A stretch of DNA of 64,000 nt from Octopus sinensis (Eukaryota), in assembly GCF_006345805.1 (NCBI RefSeq), contig NC_043004.1:91636001-91700000 (forward strand), written 5' to 3'. Position 1 is the first letter of the stretch. Every line of letters starts with the position of its first letter. The position numbers and the translations under genes are program-made. Positions 63,954 to 64,000 of the stretch are shown here, in pieces. The notes below the pieces were generated by a model. The model was not told the origin of the DNA. It saw only the letters and a list, made by a program, of their open reading frames with translations, and did not search any database.

Positions 63954-64000
<47 letters not shown>

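Overview
Eukaryotic, AT-rich, extremely microsatellite-dense animal DNA. By inference it is a coleoid cephalopod, most likely Octopus, judging from the tRNA-headed SINE families and repeat make-up; this was not confirmed by any search. There is no intact gene, and almost all ORFs in the supplied track are translations of simple repeats. The window holds dozens of SINE copies (at least 5 families), hAT, Tc1/pogo and MULE-type MITEs, two Helitron-like elements, a deleted maT/mariner transposase, a Penelope-like ORF fragment and a 100-N gap. Four observations stand out. (1) Restriction-like-endonuclease (R4/Dong-type) retrotransposon 3' ends from several subfamilies, plus a ~500-nt non-coding element, all sit in the same orientation inside (AAT)n arrays; a separate RLE element sits in (TACA)n. 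(2) A set of minimal type-I hammerhead-ribozyme motifs has recurring non-canonical cores and compensatory stem changes. (3) Candidate minus-strand micro-exons of an unidentified, possibly membrane-protein gene lie at about 36.5-46.9 kb. (4) A pogo-type MITE is inserted exactly into the GTAAGT splice donor of one of those exons. Coordinates were read by eye; repeat boundaries are approximate to within several bases.
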